From: Candidatus Aldehydirespiratoraceae bacterium
GTDB taxonomy: Bacteria; Actinomycetota; Acidimicrobiia; Acidimicrobiales; Aldehydirespiratoraceae
DNA length: 64,000 nucleotides
Direction: 5' to 3'
NCBI GenBank assembly: GCA_965249055.1
Contig: CBDFKX010000002.1
Span: 1,481,835-1,545,834 of the forward strand
In this document: piece after piece, positions 58,070 through 64,000 of the stretch
Layout of the letters: every line of letters starts with the position of its first letter
Position numbering within the stretch: the stretch's first letter is position 1
Translations under genes and position numbers: made by a program
The notes under the pieces: model-generated
The model's input: the letters and a program-made list of their open reading frames with translations, nothing else
Database searches by the model: none
What the model was told of the DNA's origin: nothing

Positions 58070-59563
58070 GGGGGGGTGTCCCTGTCTTGTTGTCAAGTCT
58101 TTTTAGGCGGCTTGGGGTAGGGGTTGGTGTTGTGTGGGTTGGTAGGGGGTTTGGGTTTTGAGCATGGCTAAGATGATGTCGCAGCGGCGGCGGGCGACGC
58201 AGATGACGGCGGCGTTGTGGCGTTTGCCTTGGGCTCGTTTTTGTTGGTAGTAGGCGCGGGCGGTGGGGTCGTGTTGGGTGGCGACGAAGGCTGCTTGGAA
58301 CATGGCGTTTTTGAGTCGGTGGTTGCCGCCTCGGGATTTTCGGGTGGTGTTGTGGGTGCCTGATTGCCAGTTGATGGGTGCGAGTCCGGCGTAGGAGGCG
58401 AGTCTGCCAGGGTTGGCGAAGCGGTGGGGATCGCCGATCTCAGCGAGGGTTCTAGCTCCGGTCCGCGGGCCGAACCCGCACAAACTAGCGAGGACTTTTC
58501 CCAGGGGGTGCTCCATGAACGCGTTGTTGATGTCGATGCCGAGTTGGTTTCGGTGTTGACAGATTCGGTTGAGGTCCGCGGCGAGGTCACAGATGGTGTC
58601 GCCCCAGGCGGTCTCGGCTGTGACTGTGAGACTCTGCGCGTCGAGCGCTGCGGTGATCGCCTCGGTCAGTCGTTGAGTTGTGCGTGGTGAGTTTTTGGCG
58701 ATGCGGTTGGCTATGCGGGAGCGGCCGGCTGCTTTGAGCGCTGTGGGCGTGGGCCACGACACCAACACGTCGCGCAGCCCTTGGTTGGTTACCAGTTTGT
58801 CGCCTATGGCTCGTTCCAGTGCTGGTGATATAGCCAATAAGGCGTCTCTGAGCCTGTTGACGGTCCGGGTGGCGTCCGCGGCTAGATCGACGTCTCGTCC
58901 GTTCAAGATGCGTAGCTTCACCAGCAGCTCGTCGTTGATTCGTGTCCAACTCAGGCGGTCGGCGTTACGGCGGGCATAGTCGGCGAGGACCAAAGCGTCT
59001 TTAGGGTCGGTCTTTGCCGCTCCGGCATAAAGATCCGCGGCGCGGCGCATCGCTAGGCCGGTGACATAAGCCACCGGCACCTGGGTGGATGCTGCGGTCT
59101 CCATCAGCAGCGACGCCGCCGAGCTGGTCGTGTCGATCACCAACGCCACAGCGCCGTGCACCTTTGCATCGTCGATCAGGCAGCGGATCGTTGTCTCGTC
59201 GTTTCGCACCGACCGAGCCAACACCTCCTCACCGGTCGAGGTCACCGCGCAGGCGTAATGATCGCCTTTGGCGATGTCGACACCGACGAACACCTCAACA
59301 CCGACATGAACCGAATCTGACATTACAGAAGCTCCTTTGCTCTGGGATTGATCTGAACTCGGATGCTCCCGGAGCCTGCGCCTCAACCACTTTACATTCA
59401 GCCCTAAAGCATGTCCCTGTAAGAGGTCCCAGACACCCGACCACAGCGGGCGGCAACACCCCCCAAGCCATCAAAAGTGACAGGGGGAAACAGCCCTACC
59501 CACCGCGGCGAGCAACCAACCCCGACATTGCCACACCAGGGCCACCAACAAGGTAAAGGGGGG
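58070..59563 (-). mobile_element. IS110-family insertion sequence, copy B (1494 bp, inverted relative to copy A)
   Basis: All six-frame ORFs inside it are reported with translations identical to copy A on the opposite strand. Coordinates map as x <-> 80610-x. The same C-run ends are present. Confidence 0.9.
58103..59323 (-). CDS. IS110-family (DEDD) transposase/recombinase, copy B
   Basis: Translation identical to 21287..22507. Confidence 0.9.
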   Translation of the reverse strand: MSDSVHVGVEVFVGVDIAKGDHYACAVTSTGEEVLARSVRNDETTIRCLIDDAKVHGAVALVIDTTSSAASLLMETAASTQVPVAYVTGLAMRRAADLYAGAAKTDPKDALVLADYARRNADRLSWTRINDELLVKLRILNGRDVDLAADATRTVNRLRDALLAISPALERAIGDKLVTNQGLRDVLVSWPTPTALKAAGRSRIANRIAKNSPRTTQRLTEAITAALDAQSLTVTAETAWGDTICDLAADLNRICQHRNQLGIDINNAFMEHPLGKVLASLCGFGPRTGARTLAEIGDPHRFANPGRLASYAGLAPINWQSGTHNTTRKSRGGNHRLKNAMFQAAFVATQHDPTARAYYQQKRAQGKRHNAAVICVARRRCDIILAMLKTQTPYQPTQHQPLPQAA

Positions 59564-59686
59564 CAGGTCGTCGTCGCGTGCTGAGATACGGGCGATCTCC
59601 AAGGCGTCGACCGGGTCGGTTTTGGTGCGGGTGCGCTGCCTGCGGCGGGCCGCTGCGGTGAACTGCGGGAGGTTATCGATTCGGTA

Positions 59687-60103
59687 TTGCTTGCGTTAAC
59701 GACCTCAGTACCCGACCGGATGGCTCAGGTGATCCCAGGTACGAGTAACTCCATGTTGGAATCACTGCGCTCTGGCGGTAACGAGGTTTTTGAGACGTAT
59801 CACTCGTACCTGCGGGCTTACATCCAACACTTCCATGTCGCGCCGATCCTTGACGCTGTTTCTGTCCTCCCAATTGACGAACTTGGGGCGATGGCAGAGA
59901 CCCTCGTGAATCTGACCTCATTCAAACGGCGTGTGACCCTTGATGCGGAGACGGTTGGCGGGCCGATTGATGTCGCGGTGATCTCGAAGGGCGATGGACT
60001 AGTCTGGATTTGCCGGAAGCACTATTTCGACCCAACACTGAACCATCACTTCTTCGCCAACTATTTTCGCTACGGTTCTTCCAAGGAGCAGGGTGAACTA
60101 TGA
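59687..60103 (+). pseudogene. 3' part of a gene of uncertain family (possibly Ntn/proteasome-beta-like), 5' end lost at the IS junction
   Basis: ...ETVGGPIDVAVISKGDGLVWICRKHYFDPTLNHHF. The upstream in-frame sequence is the antisense of the IS remnant. Confidence 0.3.
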
Positions 60104-60291
60104 CAACAGGCCAAACGCAGAACAGAGTCTTCAGGTCGTACGAGCAACTCGAACGTGAACTGATGCCGAAGCGTGCCAAGGAACTGCGCGCCAGACGAAT
60201 GGAAGGGGATCTTCGGAAGACGTTACTGGAGATTAAGCGCCGACCAATCACCGACGCAGCAGCAGCAATCACCGACGCCGCAGCGGAGTAG
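60100..60291 (+). CDS. small charged hypothetical protein
   Basis: ATGA overlap with the upstream ORF. Lys/Arg/Glu-rich with a duplicated ITDAAA tail. No family recognised. Confidence 0.2.
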   Translation: MTTGQTQNRVFRSYEQLERELMPKRAKELRARRMEGDLRKTLLEIKRRPITDAAAAITDAAAE

Positions 60292-60316
60292 CGCCCTCTA
60301 GCTGTATCAACGCCCC

Positions 60317-60898
60317 CTAGGCGCGGATCCATTTGGGGTCGTTGGAGTTGCTGTGATTGGCGAGCGCGTCCAGCAGCGCAGCAGGACATTCCTCGGCCAG
60401 CAAGGTGTGGCGGTTGGAGGGTTTGAGGATCGTCCGCTTGACCATGGTGTCGAACTGGTCGAGAAGAGGCTGCCAGAAACCGTTGACATTCAGCACGCCC
60501 ACCGGCTTGGCCATGATGCCGAGTTGGTTCCAGGTGAGGGTCTCGGCAAGTTCGTCGAGCGTGCCAAAACCGCCAGGAAGGGCGATGAAAGCATCGGACA
60601 TCTCATACATGAGTGCCTTGCGGGTATGCATCGAATCGACTTTTTCGAGAGAGGTGAGACTCTCATGGCCAACCTCGTCGTCAAAGAGGTCGGTCGGGAT
60701 AATCCCGGTCACGCGTCCGCCCCGTGACATCACCGTGTCGGCGATCAAACCCATCAGTCCGACCGCACCACCGCCGTAGACAAGTTCAATGTCGCGCTCA
60801 ACAAGAAGTTTGCCCAACTCGATTGTTGCATCGGTGATCTCTGGGTCCGTTCCCGGAGACGAAGCGCAGAACACGCACACTCGTTGAAACTTGTGCAT
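60317..60898 (-). CDS. LOG-family cytokinin riboside 5'-monophosphate phosphoribohydrolase-like protein
   Basis: VCVFCAS, YGGGAVGLMG, PGGFGTLDEL. Confidence 0.85.
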   Translation of the reverse strand: MHKFQRVCVFCASSPGTDPEITDATIELGKLLVERDIELVYGGGAVGLMGLIADTVMSRGGRVTGIIPTDLFDDEVGHESLTSLEKVDSMHTRKALMYEMSDAFIALPGGFGTLDELAETLTWNQLGIMAKPVGVLNVNGFWQPLLDQFDTMVKRTILKPSNRHTLLAEECPAALLDALANHSNSNDPKWIRA

Positions 60899-60989
60899 CG
60901 GGAAACCCTACTGTGCTGTGCTTGTTGTTGGTCACGGGGTTTGGTTCCTCAAGAGGACGGCAACTGGTCAGACGGCGTACTGTTGGAGC

Positions 60990-61781
60990 GTGCAGCACGG
61001 GATATTTGTAGCGCCGTTCGGGCCGTTCGCGGACCCCCATCGACTGATGGATCTAGGGCGAGCGGTCGAGGAGTCGGGTTGGGACGGAATCTACGTGTGG
61101 GACCATGTGCTGCGCCCCGAGAGCAACGAGATCATCGACACGTGGGTCGCTCTGGCGGTTTTGGCCACGGCCACGCGGCGGCTTCGTCTCGGTCCGATGG
61201 TCACACCGGTGCCACGCCGTCGTCCCATAAAGCTGGTCAGAGAAGTGCTGACGGTCGATCTGCTGAGCGAGGGCCGGTTGACTCTCGGTGTCGGATCCGG
61301 CACCGACACCGGAGGCGAACTGGCCCGTTTTGATGAGGTGATCGACCCGCGGATCCGCGGCCAGCGCCTCGACGAGGGCCTGCGGATCGTTGCCGAACTC
61401 TTGGAGGGCGAGTTCGTCGTCCATTTCGGTGAGCATTTCACTGTGGACGGCGTATCGGCCGAGCCCCGAACGGTGCAGCGACCCCGCCCCCCGATCTGGT
61501 GCGCGGCGCGCGGCACTGCAATGAAACCGGTGCGCCGCGCGGCCCGTTACGAGGGCATGTTCCCGATCGAACTGAACCACGACAGCTTTTGTCGGGCACT
61601 TGACGAAATAGCCACCGTGCGCGGCAATCTCGATGGGTTCGATATCTGCCTACGAACCGAATTCGACGGCACACCGCCGCCGTTTGTTGACGAGGGAGCC
61701 ACCTGGCTTCTGCGCTCTTTTCCTGCTGTGACCGACCCGGCAACCGTGTTCGACGCAGTTATCCACGGCCCGCCAGGCTGA
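60990..61781 (+). CDS. luciferase-like (LLM class) flavin/F420-dependent oxidoreductase
   Basis: GIFVAPFGPFADP...AVEESGWDGIYVWDHV...RLRLGPMVTPVPRRRP...GRLTLGVGSG. The start is uncertain. Confidence 0.7.
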   Translation: MQHGIFVAPFGPFADPHRLMDLGRAVEESGWDGIYVWDHVLRPESNEIIDTWVALAVLATATRRLRLGPMVTPVPRRRPIKLVREVLTVDLLSEGRLTLGVGSGTDTGGELARFDEVIDPRIRGQRLDEGLRIVAELLEGEFVVHFGEHFTVDGVSAEPRTVQRPRPPIWCAARGTAMKPVRRAARYEGMFPIELNHDSFCRALDEIATVRGNLDGFDICLRTEFDGTPPPFVDEGATWLLRSFPAVTDPATVFDAVIHGPPG

Positions 61782-61894
61782 GCCGCCAGACGAGTCGCCA
61801 CGCCAAATCTGATAGTTCGCAGTGTGGATCAACTGCGGCTGGTTCGGGCACGGCTGCGTAAGCCAGATAGATTGCGGGCGTGGTTGACCAGTCA

Positions 61895-63436
<1,542 letters not shown>

Positions 63437-63459
63437 GGGCTCCAGAGTGGACCGTTGCG

Positions 63460-63630
63460 ATGATTGAGTTCTCACCGACACCTTCAGAAGAGGAAGCCGC
63501 AGCCATTCTGGCCGCCTATGAGCTCCTGTGGCCTCAGCCGAGTGAAGTTGTTGCGCCGCGGAGTGTGTCTCGTTGGCGTTTCGCCGGTCGTCGCTGGTCA
63601 CCGCGCCCCGGCTACGGCGGTTGGGCCTGA
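63460..63630 (+). CDS. acyl-CoA carboxylase epsilon subunit (untracked 56-codon ORF)
   Basis: MIEFSPTPSEEEAAAILAAYELLWPQP...SRWRFAGRRW... Lies 24 nt downstream of the beta subunit. The PTxEExAA N-terminus and the W/R-rich tail match the ACC_epsilon pattern. Confidence 0.6.
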   Translation: MIEFSPTPSEEEAAAILAAYELLWPQPSEVVAPRSVSRWRFAGRRWSPRPGYGGWA

Positions 63631-63643
63631 CCCGTCGACCAGT

Positions 63644-64000
63644 TCAGTTGTCAGCCAACAGTTCCAGCAACGCTGGGCCGAGTATTTCGGCCGCGAAAAT
63701 TTCGGAGCGCTCGAAGTCAAGGTGAACGCCGTCGGTTCGGCCGTAGCGACCGTGATGACCCGAAGCATCCAACTCGACCGCAGTGTCGACCAAAGCCACG
63801 CCTGCACCTTCAGTGTCGGACTCGAATTCAGCCACCAGAGCACGTACAAGCGAGTTGTAAGCCTCGGCCCTGCGGGGGTCGTGGTCGATTCCCACTTCGT
63901 AATACGAGAGCAGATAGGGAGCGGTTGCAAACACGACTTTGGCGTTGACAGAGTGAGCGTTCGTCAACAACTTTCGGTAGGAACGTTCTATATCGGCTGC
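63644..64000 (-). CDS. SGNH/GDSL-like hydrolase, partial (continues past the window end)
   Basis: C-terminal DGVHL (block V DxxH). The frame is open to position 64000. Confidence 0.4.
   Translation of the reverse strand, partial: AADIERSYRKLLTNAHSVNAKVVFATAPYLLSYYEVGIDHDPRRAEAYNSLVRALVAEFESDTEGAGVALVDTAVELDASGHHGRYGRTDGVHLDFERSEIFAAEILGPALLELLADN

Larger units (their letters stand above)
57442..59686 (-). pseudogene. older IS110-family transposase remnant: 5'-truncated, frameshifted, and split by IS110 copy B
   Basis: 59686-59564 encodes ...RTRTKTDPVDALEIARISARDDDL. 58069-57442 encodes LRFVGACDVLAALVRYRRELVKDRTVALNRL..., then after frame changes ...LNDIYGIGALTAAEILAEIGEPARF...NRQLNRAIH...YLKRRI. 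Confidence 0.7.

Noticed and set aside
21047-59563. Whether the segment between the two inverted IS copies has already been inverted in this assembly.
   Set aside because: Both halves of the ThDP-enzyme gene flank copy A, and both halves of the old transposase flank copy B. There is therefore no evidence of an inversion here.

Overview
By eye this is a GC-rich, actinobacterial-type chromosomal window. Lineage-typical markers are an acyl-CoA carboxylase beta subunit plus epsilon subunit, an LCP protein, DUF4032, PrmA and a perfect TCGAAC-N4-GTTCGA SOS box. Ordinary metabolic genes are interleaved with accessory and mobile DNA.

Layout:
- 1-8.7 kb: defence island. It holds a partial wHTH gene coupled to a GHKL/MORC-like ATPase, an IS5-family remnant, a NaeI-like R-M pair, vsr, and a second m5C methyltransferase with a putative PD-(D/E)xK nuclease.
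- 8.9-14.3 kb: SOS-box-preceded RDD membrane protein, PrmA, an MBL-type alkylsulfatase, and GrdB-like ORF pair 1, joined by one in-frame TGA.
- 14.3-16.8 kb: visibly AT-richer islet carrying a second R-M system and a small HARE-HTH-like gene.
- 16.9-19.8 kb: DUF4032, Phd/VapC toxin-antitoxin pair, quinone oxidoreductase.
- 19.9-26.3 kb: minus-strand operon of DUF2855, a GrdB-like TGA-containing gene, a TauD dioxygenase and a ThDP enzyme. The ThDP gene is split by a 1494-bp IS110-family element and DUF2855 is frameshifted.
- 26.4-33.6 kb: haloalkane dehalogenase, TetR regulators, a duplicated mosaic locus, an IS481 remnant, fba, and nitronate monooxygenase.
- 33.6-39.4 kb: LCP protein and a zinc homeostasis cluster.
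- 39.5-44 kb: three tandem type I sulfatases.
- 44-50.6 kb: assorted enzymes, plus a histidine kinase / response regulator pair that lacks both phospho-acceptor residues.
- 50.7-55.8 kb: gmaS-like and mgsABC-like (N-methylglutamate pathway) genes.
- 55.9-59.7 kb: IS pile-up comprising an IS30 with a nonsense codon, an old IS110-family pseudogene, and a second inverted copy of the 1494-bp IS.
- 59.7-64 kb: LOG, LLM oxidoreductase, accD5-like plus an untracked epsilon subunit, and an SGNH hydrolase fragment.

The most interesting signals are two paralogous GrdB-like genes with a conserved in-frame TGA (PV-U-P-x-C-T-R) followed by hairpins, and the operon context of the second copy. Start codons are my best reading. 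No similarity searches or computations were run.
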